From Patescibacteria group bacterium (GTDB lineage Bacteria; Patescibacteriota; Patescibacteriia; UBA1558; GWA2-36-10), in the NCBI GenBank assembly GCA_041650755.1, contig JBAZKN010000001.1, positions 4,387 through 68,386 on the forward strand: 64,000 bases of DNA. Direction: 5' to 3'. This document shows positions 48,856 to 58,836 of this stretch, piece after piece. The first letter of the stretch is position 1; every line of letters begins with the position of its first letter. Below the pieces are notes generated by a model. That model worked only from the letters and a program-made list of their open reading frames with translations. It did no database searches and was not told the origin of the DNA. The translations under genes were made by a program, and so were the position numbers.

Positions 48856-49716
48856 ATGCCGGAATTACCAGAAGTAGAGACAATTAGGCGGGGATTGGCG
48901 AATAAAATTTTGGATAAACCCATAGTCGGTGTGGTGGTGCGCACCAAATCGCTGGTCAAGAGTGATTTTAAATTTTTTAAAAAAAATTTACAGCATAATA
49001 AATTTACCGACATCAAGCGCCTGGGTAAATTGTTGATCTGGCGACTGTCCCGGGGCGAGCATTATCTGTTGGTGCATTTGAAGATGACCGGTCAGTTGAT
49101 TTATGTGTTGGGTGATAGCATCATTGCCGGCGGGCACAATCTGCCGAATTTAGGTAAGCTGCCTAATAAATATTCTCATATCATTATCAAGTTTGCCGAC
49201 GGCTCGCGTTTATTTTTTAATGATCTGCGGCAATTCGGATATTTTAAGTTGCATCCCAAAAAATATCATCAGCAGATAGCCGGCCAATTTGGCATTGAGC
49301 CTTTGACCCCAGATTTTACGCTGATTAATTTTACCAAAGCCTTGGCTAAGAGGCGGATCAGTATCAAAGCTGTTTTATTGAACCAGAAATTAATTGCCGG
49401 CCTGGGCAATATCTATGTTGATGAAATTTGTTTTCGCAGTCAGGTCAGACCAACTAGAATAGTGGCTAGCTTAAAAGCGGCGGAAATAAAAAGATTATAT
49501 TTGGCTTGTCTTTATATTATCAAAAAAGCAATCAAACATCGCGGCACGACTTTTAGCGATTATCTTGATACTGATGGCAGGGTTGGCAACTATGAAAAAT
49601 ACCTCAAAGTCTATGGCCGGGCAGGGGAAATGTGCAGTCGTTGTCATCGGGCCAGCATAAAAAAAATAAAATTAGCTGGCCGAGGTACTCATTATTGCCC
49701 GAATTGTCAATTTTAA
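48856..49716 (+). CDS. mutM: Formamidopyrimidine-DNA glycosylase
   Basis: MPELPEVET start, HLKMTG, GLGNIYVDE, C-terminal zinc finger. Confidence 0.95.
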   Translation: MPELPEVETIRRGLANKILDKPIVGVVVRTKSLVKSDFKFFKKNLQHNKFTDIKRLGKLLIWRLSRGEHYLLVHLKMTGQLIYVLGDSIIAGGHNLPNLGKLPNKYSHIIIKFADGSRLFFNDLRQFGYFKLHPKKYHQQIAGQFGIEPLTPDFTLINFTKALAKRRISIKAVLLNQKLIAGLGNIYVDEICFRSQVRPTRIVASLKAAEIKRLYLACLYIIKKAIKHRGTTFSDYLDTDGRVGNYEKYLKVYGRAGEMCSRCHRASIKKIKLAGRGTHYCPNCQF

Positions 49717-49899
49717 ACTCTAAGCAAAAAAAATTGTTTTTTAGCCCTTAAATTGGGTGTTTTTTGTTAACTATTGACTTTTTTCTAAATATATGATTTA
49801 ATATAATGTTAGCCAAAGATCGTATGGTCTTTGGCCAGCGATCTTTGAAATTGGGAGTTAACCAAGTTCCTGGGCTTTGAATAGAAGGGACGGTGCGTC

Positions 49900-51372
49900 A
49901 TGTTCGATTGGATTTCTTTGCACAATGGGGTTGCGGCTATACTAGCCGCGATCCTGACTTTCGGAGGCGTGCTGATTTCGGCCATTTGGCCCACCCAGGT
50001 CAAGTGGTCGAGGACTACCAAGATCATCACGACGGTCATCACGACTATCGTGATCCTGGTGGTCTGCGGCCTGGTTCTGAATCATGCTGGCGTGGATGTC
50101 CTGAGCGTCTTCGGCGACTCCAAGTCTGCCGAGACGGACAGCGGACAGCCGGCCAAGGGATTTCCTTGGTTGCGCATCATCATCGCTCTGGCTTGGGCAG
50201 TCTACTTTGGGTACATGACTAAGAGTACCATTGAACCCAAGGAGTGGTCCATTGAGAAGGACGAAGATGGCAACATCATTAAGCCGGCGCGTGTGCGCTG
50301 GTCCAGTGTGTTGTCGTGCGTACTTCTCGGGCTATTCGGATCCCTCACTATCCTCGGAGTGCATCTAGGTAAGCTTTGGTGGTTCTGCTTGGCGGCGCTG
50401 GTGTTTGACTGTCTATACATCGTGCCATTTCTCCACACCTATGCCATTTTCGTTCTTCAGCATCAGGTGGCGTTCTGGCAGAGGGGGTTTCGTTTCGGCT
50501 TTCCCAGTTTCTTCAAGTCTGGCGTGTGGCAGATTTGGAATCTGTCGCGGGCCAAGATTGAAGCGAACTTCCCCACTCAGCAACTGCCGACCGGCGATAC
50601 GCCCTTGATGATCAAGGCGACTGCCAAGGCGACTGGTGATCCAACTTCGGAAGATGAGACCCTGAGCAGTACTATTTCACTGGAGAACTGGGTCTTGTTC
50701 TGGACCAACTGGTGGCCCTGGAAATTTATCAGGTACTCCAGGACGGACAGGGAGCAGATCAAGACCATCGTGTTCAATATCATTGAAGCGATGGAGACCG
50801 AGCTGCTCCTAGAGATGCCGTTCATGATTGCCCGACAACTGAAGAAGTACTTCATCACCAACGTCGACCTTCAGCATGCAGCTGACCAGGCCGGCCTGGG
50901 TGGACTGTGCGAAACTCTAATTAAGAGCGATGCTCCGGAGAGCGACTTTCTGCATCTCGCTTCTAGGGTGTTTCGTCACAACAAAACGCAGATGGATCTC
51001 TACAAGCGCTTTCTGGAGCTCCGCAAGCGCGTGTTGGTCTTGATCGGGTGCTACATCGAAGACATCCGAGTCAAGGATCGCAATGCGCCTCCGGACATCG
51101 AGGCGGCCATTAACAGTGTCACCTTGGCTAGGCTGGCCCTCCAGAAGGCCTTGATCAACGTTCAGATCCTGGGGGCTGATGGTAACGCCATCAGCGCTCG
51201 GGATGCCAACTCCCTGAAGGGCGTGCTGACTCTTCTCAAGGAGGATGACAACGCTAGCCTTCTGCTCGCTTGGACCGAATTCAAGCGGGCCACGGAGAAC
51301 AGGAATATCAGCATCAACCCGGGCGGCATTGATCTGCAGAAGATCTTGGCTGCCTTGGTTGCAAGGGCCTAA
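49900..51372 (+). CDS. GC-rich multi-TM membrane protein with SPFH/band-7-like C-terminal region
   Basis: About five TM helices; IEDIRVKDRNAPPDIEAAI resembles the SPFH C-terminal motif; has its own promoter and terminator. Confidence 0.65.
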   Translation: MFDWISLHNGVAAILAAILTFGGVLISAIWPTQVKWSRTTKIITTVITTIVILVVCGLVLNHAGVDVLSVFGDSKSAETDSGQPAKGFPWLRIIIALAWAVYFGYMTKSTIEPKEWSIEKDEDGNIIKPARVRWSSVLSCVLLGLFGSLTILGVHLGKLWWFCLAALVFDCLYIVPFLHTYAIFVLQHQVAFWQRGFRFGFPSFFKSGVWQIWNLSRAKIEANFPTQQLPTGDTPLMIKATAKATGDPTSEDETLSSTISLENWVLFWTNWWPWKFIRYSRTDREQIKTIVFNIIEAMETELLLEMPFMIARQLKKYFITNVDLQHAADQAGLGGLCETLIKSDAPESDFLHLASRVFRHNKTQMDLYKRFLELRKRVLVLIGCYIEDIRVKDRNAPPDIEAAINSVTLARLALQKALINVQILGADGNAISARDANSLKGVLTLLKEDDNASLLLAWTEFKRATENRNISINPGGIDLQKILAALVARA

Positions 51373-51406
51373 CTCCCAACTCCTCGTGCCCATTGCGTGG
51401 CGCGGG

Positions 51407-51456
51407 AACCCCGTCTAGCTGCTGGCAACAGTCAGCTGGACGGGGTTGTTTTTTTT
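51407..51456 (+). terminator. Rho-independent terminator
   Basis: aaccccgtctagctg...cagctggacggggtt followed by a T-tract. Confidence 0.75.
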
Positions 51457-51583
51457 GGAAATAAATGCCATAATATTAGTAGTTAAAATTATTATTAAAA
51501 CAAAAATATTTACCCCGTTAGATATATACAATAAATCGAATCGGGGTTAATATAATAACAAAATAAAAAATTATTAATTTTTT

Positions 51584-51949
51584 ATGAACATGAAAAATCC
51601 AAATATTTCTAATGGGGCGGAAGACATAATCCAAAATTTTGCCCTGGATTTATTGAAACAAGCCGGCATTGATAATATGCCTGAAGAATTTAAAAAAGAA
51701 TACTTGGAAAAATTGGCCATAGAAGCGGAAAGACGTTTAGGCGTAATGGCCATGGAAGAATTAGACGCCAAAGGCCTAGAAGAGTTTGAGGCTTTCATGA
51801 GCACGCGAGAGGCTCCAAAATCAGAGGAATTTTTGGAGTTTTTTAATAGCCACATTAGTGATTTTTCTGCCAAAGCTAATCAGACTTTGCAGGATTTTGC
51901 TAAAGAATTTTTGTCTAGCGCAGCCGACTTAAAGAGCGCCAAAATATAG
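51584..51949 (+). CDS. DUF5663-like acidic helical protein
   Basis: LLKQAGIDNMPEE...ERRLG pattern typical of this CPR family (recognised by eye). Confidence 0.65.
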   Translation: MNMKNPNISNGAEDIIQNFALDLLKQAGIDNMPEEFKKEYLEKLAIEAERRLGVMAMEELDAKGLEEFEAFMSTREAPKSEEFLEFFNSHISDFSAKANQTLQDFAKEFLSSAADLKSAKI

Positions 51950-51961
51950 AAATAGACTTTT

Positions 51962-52129
51962 ATGACCAATCAGGAAAAAATTGAACGCTTTCGTCAAATT
52001 TTTGCTGATTTTTTGGCTACCCTAAACAAACTAAAAAAAGTGGTGGCTGATAGATCAGCTAATCGAGTCAAGGCGCAAGAAAAAGCAAAAATTGATGAGT
52101 TATTAGCTAAAATAAATAAGGATTATTAA
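51962..52129 (+). CDS. 55-aa basic coiled-coil protein
   Basis: MTNQEKIERFRQIFADFLATLNKLKK...KIDELLAKINKDY*; fills the gap tightly between neighbours. Not in the ORF track. Confidence 0.6.
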   Translation: MTNQEKIERFRQIFADFLATLNKLKKVVADRSANRVKAQEKAKIDELLAKINKDY

Positions 52130-52130
52130 T

Positions 52131-55100
52131 ATGCCAGAAGACAAAAAACCAGTAGGCGGCCAGGAAGTCCCCCAACAAGCAGGCGAGGTCGTGCCGGTCG
52201 AAGCAGGCCCAGAATTTGTGGCCAAAGAACAGGCTAATACCCATCGTCAAATAGAAGGTGCTTTGGCAGATTTTACAGAATTATTGACAGCGGATAGCGC
52301 TAATCGAACTGAAGTTGCTCAAGGACAAGCTGCTGCGGAAACCGCTCACACTGAAGTAGATAGAGTGGCTGCCGAGCCGGCGACTATAGGGCCGGCAATG
52401 GTCGGCGAAAGAGAGGAAAGTGAGACAGGAGCACCGACTTTATCACCAGAGCTTACGCTTGAGTTATTAAAATCCCTGGGTATTGATCTTCTTTTGCAAT
52501 CAGTTATTTGGAAAAATTTAAAACCAGAAGATCAGCGGGCATTGCGCAATTTAGTGGCAGCCGGCGATAATAGTAAAATTATTGATTTTTATAGGACAAA
52601 GCAGGCCGAGATACAAAAAGAAAGAGCTGTTCAACGGGAGGCCTTGGTTGAAAGGATTAAAGCATTAAGAGTTGGAGATGTTATTGTTTCAAAGTCTGGC
52701 ACTCGCCGTAAAGTTTTAAACATAGGGCCAGAAGTTGTTACGTTTGAAAGGACTGCTCCAGGCAAAGCTCCTGAACAAGAAGATATGAATATTGCCTCAC
52801 AATTATTATATGATAATAGTTGGATTGATAAAATAGAAGACGTGCAAATAAAAGGCATGGCGACAGAGTCTCCTGAGCCGGCAAAAGCAGAGAAGCGCTA
52901 TGCAAAATTAGAGCATGATCCTCGTTATGTCGAGCTTTTAGAACGGCAGTGTCTGCTATATTTGATGACCAAGGATCCAAACAAGGACATATTTTTATCC
53001 AAATACAGCGGTCAGTGCAATGATGATGGCTTTCTTTTGGATAAAGAAGGAAAATCAACTCAAGTTTTGCCAAGCCAGTGTATTGGCGAAGAGGGCTTAG
53101 CTGAAGCCGGGAGATTAGCTAAGCAAGAATTTATTAATTTATATATAGAAAAAGACCTAGGCTATTTGGATATTGATCCAAAAGCAATTTGGGAGAAATT
53201 GACACCAGAGGATATCAAAGTTTTGCAGGATTTGATGCAGAATGGCGACACTGCAAAACTGGAAGAATTTTACAAGACAAAGATCAAAGATGTTTTAACA
53301 GAACAACAAAAAGATGCGGCTAATAATGAGCAGCTATTGCAAGAGTCAGCTGCATCTATCAATGCCATTATTCAAGAAACCGTCGAATTTGAGGCCCAGA
53401 GGGCATTATTAAAAAGCGGCGCCAAAGGCAAGGGTGCTATGGTTGCTAAATTGGCTGTCAATGCGGCTATAATGGCCGGTGCTTCTTTTATGATTGGAAC
53501 CCTAGGTATTGCTACGGGTGGCATAGGGGTAGTTGGTGCGGCTGGAGCTATGGCCGGAGTCAGACTTTTATCTAGGAAAATAAATGAAAGACAGGAGAGA
53601 AAAAATGCAGTCCAGCGCCAAAAAGATTATGAAGATGACTTAGCTAAAGAAAAATCAGAGGCTCTAAAAAATTTATTTAGTCAGAACAATATAGAAAAGT
53701 TGCGCTGCCAATTAAGTGGCCACATTGCCAATGTTTTGCGGGAGCAGACCAGTGAGCAGGCTTTGCAAGCTCTGCGGGGGTATAAGCAGGCTGGTGGCGA
53801 AGGCGAGGCAGAAGTTCTAGACGCTAGATTGCGCGATGTAGAAAAGGAGCTTTATTTGAATGCTTTGACTAAAGTAAAAGCCGAATATCCAGAATCCAGT
53901 ATAGAGCAGCAGAAAAATATGGCCCTGACTATGGCTTTGACTTTAGGGCAGCATGAAAGGACGGAAAATGACGCTCGACAAAGGCTAGAAGCCATTAGGC
54001 AATCAAAACCAGCCTTGTATAAAGTCATTGAGAAATATAATTTATTGAGTGCTGGTCGGCCAGACAGGAAACCAGCCGGCATGACATCTCAAGAAGAAAG
54101 CGTTTGGCGCAAATCAAAGTATGAATTAATGAGTCTTGGCATTGGTACAGCTGTCGGTGTGGCTGTCAGAACCTCTGGTATAGGCAGAATAGCTATGGGC
54201 GCAGTGGTAGGCGCTGGTATTGGCTATAAAGTTGGCGAAGCTATAGAGAAAAAGGCAGAGCAAAAGGCTTTGGCAGAAATTGCCAAAATGGTAGATGAGG
54301 GCGAAGCAATGATTCGAGATATTGAATTACCCTCAGATCAAATAGCTGATTTAAAAGACAACAGTATTTTTGTAAAAAGTAAACTAGATTTGGGTTTATT
54401 GGATAATGATCCGCTTTTGTATAGTCGGGCAGAAAATTTTGTTCATCAGGTGCAAAAATTGGAGCTAGCCAATCAGGAGTCTTTGCAGAAATTATTATCC
54501 AGTTTAAGTGAGCGGACGGATAAGCGTGCTAAACAAGTGGAAGATGACTTACAAATAATTGGCGGCAAGATCAAGAATCGACGCCTCTGGACAACTATCG
54601 GTGGTGCTGTGGTCGGCGGAGCACTGGCCTGGGCAGCCGGGGAGCTGACTCATAAAAAACCAGAGCAGGATAATACTCATCCAGTTGGGCAAAAAGAGCC
54701 GCCAACTGCCGGAGCAGAACAAACAGTGGTACCGCCAGCTGAACAAGCTCCGCAAATACCCATGGAGTCCGAAGTACAGAGTGGTGATTCTGTTTGGAAA
54801 TTAGCCAAAGAGCAGCTGGAACAGCGCTATGGCCATGATAGGTGGGAAACTTTTGGTGAAGCTAGACAAACCCACATGATTGATGAAATTAAAGATCAGG
54901 TAGCAGCTCATCCCGAGGCCTATGGCCTGCACCATGATATAGACGAGCTGCGTGTAGGAGAAAAAGTTGATTTTTCACCCTCATTTAGTAAACCAGACGC
55001 CCTGGCGCAATTGGAATTGCATGCCGATCAACACAGCGCAGCCGAATTACAAAATATTATCCACACCAATGCTGATTTGCGAGCAGCGGCTGATCATGGA

Positions 55101-56321
55101 GTGCATTTGACCAATGAAAATGTTGACCAAGTGGCAGCTGCTGTCAGACAGCACGGTGTTGATTATTTGAGCCAGGATGGCTCGGTGCATGATTGGGCTT
55201 GGCATGGCCAGGCAGTAGATAGAATGCCAAATGGAGATTTTGTGGTAGTTGATTCGGGCCAACATTTACAGACTCCAGATTTGGCAGAGACAATAAATCA
55301 AGGATCTCAAAAAGACTCAGAAGTGGTTGCTCAAGAAACTGCTACCCAAGCGGCTGCTGCTCAAGAAACGGTTGCACAGACAGCCCAACAGCCAGTTGAG
55401 CAATTTTTGGCTAGTAGTGATCCCCAGCACTACAACCACGATGTTTATTTGACGGCCAAGGGCAACGGGCAGCTGGATCAAATATTCATGAAGGCCGCAG
55501 AATCAAAAGATCAAGTGGTAATGGAACGCTTTATCCGTGATTGGGCGGGCGATCATGAAATATCGCAAAATCAGCAAGATATATTTTTAGCCACATTAAG
55601 AGATAATGATCGTATTGATTTGACCTTAGCTGGCCGGCTGGAAGTCAAAAATTTAGAAGTTTTGCAGCAAAACTATGAAGCCTTTAAGCACAATCTTTTG
55701 GATAGCTATCATGATGTAAAACACATGCCAGCCGGTGAATGGCACCCAGTCCAAGCGGGCAATGAATATGCTTTGGTGCAAAAATACCACACTTCTGTTT
55801 GGCCAATAAGACGGGATCATTGGCTGATAGATACGGATGGCAATACGGAGGTTGATATTGTTGCTACAGACGATGCGGCCATGAAATCAATCTTTGCTAA
55901 ACATAGTTTCTTAACGCACACTGACAATTCTAGGCCACTAGCCTCGGCTGATTCATTTAATGGAGCTTCTGATTCTATGACCGGCCAGCCCGAGATGGAT
56001 TTAGATCAATTGAATAGAAATATATTTGCCTTGGACAAATTTTTAGATAGCCACTTAAGCCAGGAAAACCGCTTGAGCGCTTTGGCTGCAGAAATACCGG
56101 CTGGCGGAAAAGTAAATATTGGTGGCATTGTTTTGTCGGGCGAAAATGACAAAATACTGTGGCACATCGGCAATCGGCCGCCTATAGAAATTAATGCCGA
56201 AAATATAGACAGAGTTTCGAAGGCGATTTTAATAATTCAAGATAAGATAGCCAATGTTCCCCAAAAAGACTGGGCCGATGAAATAAAGCGCGCCCTGAGA
56301 GATGCAAAAATAGAAAAATAA
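52131..56321 (+). CDS. 1396-aa coiled-coil protein with glycine-zipper hydrophobic segments and a LysM-like motif
   Basis: Three Gly/Ala-rich hydrophobic stretches; EVQSGDSVWKLA...LRVGEKV. Confidence 0.75.
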   Translation: MPEDKKPVGGQEVPQQAGEVVPVEAGPEFVAKEQANTHRQIEGALADFTELLTADSANRTEVAQGQAAAETAHTEVDRVAAEPATIGPAMVGEREESETGAPTLSPELTLELLKSLGIDLLLQSVIWKNLKPEDQRALRNLVAAGDNSKIIDFYRTKQAEIQKERAVQREALVERIKALRVGDVIVSKSGTRRKVLNIGPEVVTFERTAPGKAPEQEDMNIASQLLYDNSWIDKIEDVQIKGMATESPEPAKAEKRYAKLEHDPRYVELLERQCLLYLMTKDPNKDIFLSKYSGQCNDDGFLLDKEGKSTQVLPSQCIGEEGLAEAGRLAKQEFINLYIEKDLGYLDIDPKAIWEKLTPEDIKVLQDLMQNGDTAKLEEFYKTKIKDVLTEQQKDAANNEQLLQESAASINAIIQETVEFEAQRALLKSGAKGKGAMVAKLAVNAAIMAGASFMIGTLGIATGGIGVVGAAGAMAGVRLLSRKINERQERKNAVQRQKDYEDDLAKEKSEALKNLFSQNNIEKLRCQLSGHIANVLREQTSEQALQALRGYKQAGGEGEAEVLDARLRDVEKELYLNALTKVKAEYPESSIEQQKNMALTMALTLGQHERTENDARQRLEAIRQSKPALYKVIEKYNLLSAGRPDRKPAGMTSQEESVWRKSKYELMSLGIGTAVGVAVRTSGIGRIAMGAVVGAGIGYKVGEAIEKKAEQKALAEIAKMVDEGEAMIRDIELPSDQIADLKDNSIFVKSKLDLGLLDNDPLLYSRAENFVHQVQKLELANQESLQKLLSSLSERTDKRAKQVEDDLQIIGGKIKNRRLWTTIGGAVVGGALAWAAGELTHKKPEQDNTHPVGQKEPPTAGAEQTVVPPAEQAPQIPMESEVQSGDSVWKLAKEQLEQRYGHDRWETFGEARQTHMIDEIKDQVAAHPEAYGLHHDIDELRVGEKVDFSPSFSKPDALAQLELHADQHSAAELQNIIHTNADLRAAADHGVHLTNENVDQVAAAVRQHGVDYLSQDGSVHDWAWHGQAVDRMPNGDFVVVDSGQHLQTPDLAETINQGSQKDSEVVAQETATQAAAAQETVAQTAQQPVEQFLASSDPQHYNHDVYLTAKGNGQLDQIFMKAAESKDQVVMERFIRDWAGDHEISQNQQDIFLATLRDNDRIDLTLAGRLEVKNLEVLQQNYEAFKHNLLDSYHDVKHMPAGEWHPVQAGNEYALVQKYHTSVWPIRRDHWLIDTDGNTEVDIVATDDAAMKSIFAKHSFLTHTDNSRPLASADSFNGASDSMTGQPEMDLDQLNRNIFALDKFLDSHLSQENRLSALAAEIPAGGKVNIGGIVLSGENDKILWHIGNRPPIEINAENIDRVSKAILIIQDKIANVPQKDWADEIKRALRDAKIEK

Positions 56322-56364
56322 TTTTTAAAATCCAAGCGTAGGTGATTATTATTTAGCTTGGATT

Positions 56365-57336
56365 TTATATTTGAGAAAATATTTTTCTGACATCCTTGGG
56401 GCTGTCAACAGCCACCAATTTTTTTCGCAAGTTAGAGGCTTGGGGGTGCCCCCGGACATAAAACAATAAATGTTTGCGCATTTCCTTAAATCCTGAAGCG
56501 CTTTTACTTTCATACAAGAGATCGGCGTGCTGGATAGCGACTTTTTTGATTTCCGGCCAAGTTATTTCTTGATATTGGCCAGTATTGATATAGTCACGTA
56601 TTTGCTTGAAAAGCCAAGGCCGACCATAGAGAGAACGAGATAGGGCAATGCCATCGGCGCCGGTGTGTTTTAAGTCAGCCACCACCGATTCTACTGTTTG
56701 GAAAGATCCGTTGATTAAAAAAACGCCGGTTTTAAATTTACTTTTTATTGATTTTAGCATCTCCAAATCAACCGGCCCGGTAAATGGCGTTTCATAGGTG
56801 CGCCCATGAATTATTAGAGCCGCTATAGGGAATTCAGCTAGGGCATCTACTAGATCTAGGGCAGTAATATTGCCTTTATCGGGGTGCCCTTTTATAGTAT
56901 TAATGCTAATGCGGCTTTTGATAGAAATTGGTATGTCAACTGCCGCGATAGTATTGGCAACTATTTTTTTGACCGTTGGCATATCGCGTAGCAAGCAAAT
57001 GCCGCCGCCGTGTCCAGCAACTTTTTTTGCTGGACAGCCAAAATTTATATCTAAGCCAGCCACACCCAAAGAAGCTACTAGTTTGGCAGCCTTGGGGTAG
57101 AGCTCGGCTCTTTTGCCGAAAATTTGGGCTACTACCGGTTGTTCGCCGGCTTTAAACTCTAGAAGTTTCAGGCTTTTCTGGCTATCATAATACAAAGCGT
57201 CGACCGAAACAAATTCAGTATGGACTACTTGTGCGCCCCAGGCCTTACACATTTGCCGCCAAGCCGAATCGGTAATGCCGGCCATAGGCGTAGTTGTTAA
57301 GATTGGTTTTTCTAGTTTTTCCCAAAAGTTAACCAT
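56365..57336 (-). CDS. tRNA-dihydrouridine synthase (Dus family)
   Basis: PMAGITD, DINFGCP and IHGRT motifs. Confidence 0.92.
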   Translation of the reverse strand: MVNFWEKLEKPILTTTPMAGITDSAWRQMCKAWGAQVVHTEFVSVDALYYDSQKSLKLLEFKAGEQPVVAQIFGKRAELYPKAAKLVASLGVAGLDINFGCPAKKVAGHGGGICLLRDMPTVKKIVANTIAAVDIPISIKSRISINTIKGHPDKGNITALDLVDALAEFPIAALIIHGRTYETPFTGPVDLEMLKSIKSKFKTGVFLINGSFQTVESVVADLKHTGADGIALSRSLYGRPWLFKQIRDYINTGQYQEITWPEIKKVAIQHADLLYESKSASGFKEMRKHLLFYVRGHPQASNLRKKLVAVDSPKDVRKIFSQI

Positions 57337-57343
57337 GACGTTG

Positions 57344-57427
57344 TGGCTTATGACTTATAGCTAATAGTAAATAGCTTATAGAAAAAATAAAAAGCCGGAT
57401 AACTCTAGGCCATAAGCTATAAGCCAT
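57344..57427. repeat. Degenerate 7-bp periodic inverted repeat
   Basis: tggctta tgactta tagctaa tagtaaa tagctta ... cataagc tataagc cat. Confidence 0.65.
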
Positions 57428-57428
57428 T

Positions 57429-58352
57429 TTAAAGCCAGTCTTTTTTCTTGAAGTATCCTACCAGGCTGAGCATCAATATTATCATGATAGAAAAAATAAT
57501 ATAAAAGTCGTAGTTGGAACCTATGATGGGCGTATAGTGTGTTTCCATGCCAAAGGTGACGGCTATTAAATTAGCTGGCAGCAGGATTACAGAAATAATA
57601 GTCAGGATGCGCATGATCTCATTGAGTTTGAATGATATCAACGATTCATTGGCTTCATGAAAAGCCACTATATTTTCTTTTTGGGTCTCTAAGATATCCC
57701 AGATGTCTTTTGTCCGGTCCAAGATGTTGGCAAAGTATACATCGGCATTATCGGGCATAAAAGATTTTTGGTTGGTCCCTATCAGTTTTTTGATGATGTT
57801 TTTGTGAGCCTGCATGATTTTGCGCAAGTTGACGATATTCCGTTTGATGTTGAGGATTTCCTTGGCAATAATTTTTTCTTTGCCAGAAAATATTTCGTGT
57901 TCGATATTTTCTATGTCTTGATTGACATGATCCAGCATGGGCATAGTATAATTTTGCAAACGATGCAAAATTTCATATAGTAAAAGAGCGGGATGATTGG
58001 CTTGCATGTATTGCTCCTGGCTATAATCATTACGTTTCATTTCTCGGAAGAAATTATTGACAGTCGGTACCAAGCCGTCGCTGATAGTCACCAGATATTT
58101 TGGGCCAACAAAAAAATCCATCTCACTAGATTCTATGGTTCTGGTCTTGCGGTCATAAAATGGCCAAGTCAAAATAAAGAAAATATAGTGCGGATATTCG
58201 CTGATTTGCGGCCGTTGGATTTTTACCAGACAATCTTCCAAGTCCAAAGGATGGAAGCCATATTCTTCTTTGAGCTGGTCAAGATCTTTCGGGCTAGGCT
58301 GGCTGATATGCAGCCATAATAAATTTTTTGTTTTTATTCTTTCGATGGCCAT
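57429..58352 (-). CDS. corA: CorA-family divalent cation transporter
   Basis: FHPLDLED motif; two C-terminal TM helices with FGME (GMN variant). Confidence 0.88.
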   Translation of the reverse strand: MAIERIKTKNLLWLHISQPSPKDLDQLKEEYGFHPLDLEDCLVKIQRPQISEYPHYIFFILTWPFYDRKTRTIESSEMDFFVGPKYLVTISDGLVPTVNNFFREMKRNDYSQEQYMQANHPALLLYEILHRLQNYTMPMLDHVNQDIENIEHEIFSGKEKIIAKEILNIKRNIVNLRKIMQAHKNIIKKLIGTNQKSFMPDNADVYFANILDRTKDIWDILETQKENIVAFHEANESLISFKLNEIMRILTIISVILLPANLIAVTFGMETHYTPIIGSNYDFYIIFSIMIILMLSLVGYFKKKDWL

Positions 58353-58453
58353 AGAGCTTTTTATATATTATAATACTTTTTTGCTTTTAAGGCAAAAGAT
58401 TTTGGTAAAAAGCGACTTTGTGGTATAATTGTCCTAGTAATTAATGATTGTTG

Positions 58454-58834
58454 ATGGTAAAAAATAACCACGACTTAAAACAAATATGGCACTCTAATTT
58501 TTTTACCATTTTTTTATTGGTGCTATTGATTTTTTCTTTGGTAAAAGTAGGCAAAGAGGCCTTGTTGCGCTATGAAATTAAACAAGAGATCAATAATCTG
58601 GAGGCTAAATTATCGGATGTTCAGGGTAAGACCGATAAGATGAATCAATTGATTGATTATCTAAAAACTGATGAATATGTAGAAAAGCAAGCCAGAGAAA
58701 AGTTAAATTTAGGTGCGCCAGGCGAAAAACAGGTAAATTTGGCAAACGAAGACAGCGATGCTGCCGCGCCTGTTATTGATAATGGCCCCAGTGCCAATAA
58801 TATTGTTAAATGGTTTAATTATTTTTTTAATTAA
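58454..58834 (+). CDS. Septum formation initiator (FtsB/DivIC family)
   Basis: TM helix plus coiled coil; YVEKQAREKLNL...PGE. Confidence 0.85.
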   Translation: MVKNNHDLKQIWHSNFFTIFLLVLLIFSLVKVGKEALLRYEIKQEINNLEAKLSDVQGKTDKMNQLIDYLKTDEYVEKQAREKLNLGAPGEKQVNLANEDSDAAAPVIDNGPSANNIVKWFNYFFN

Positions 58835-58836
58835 AT

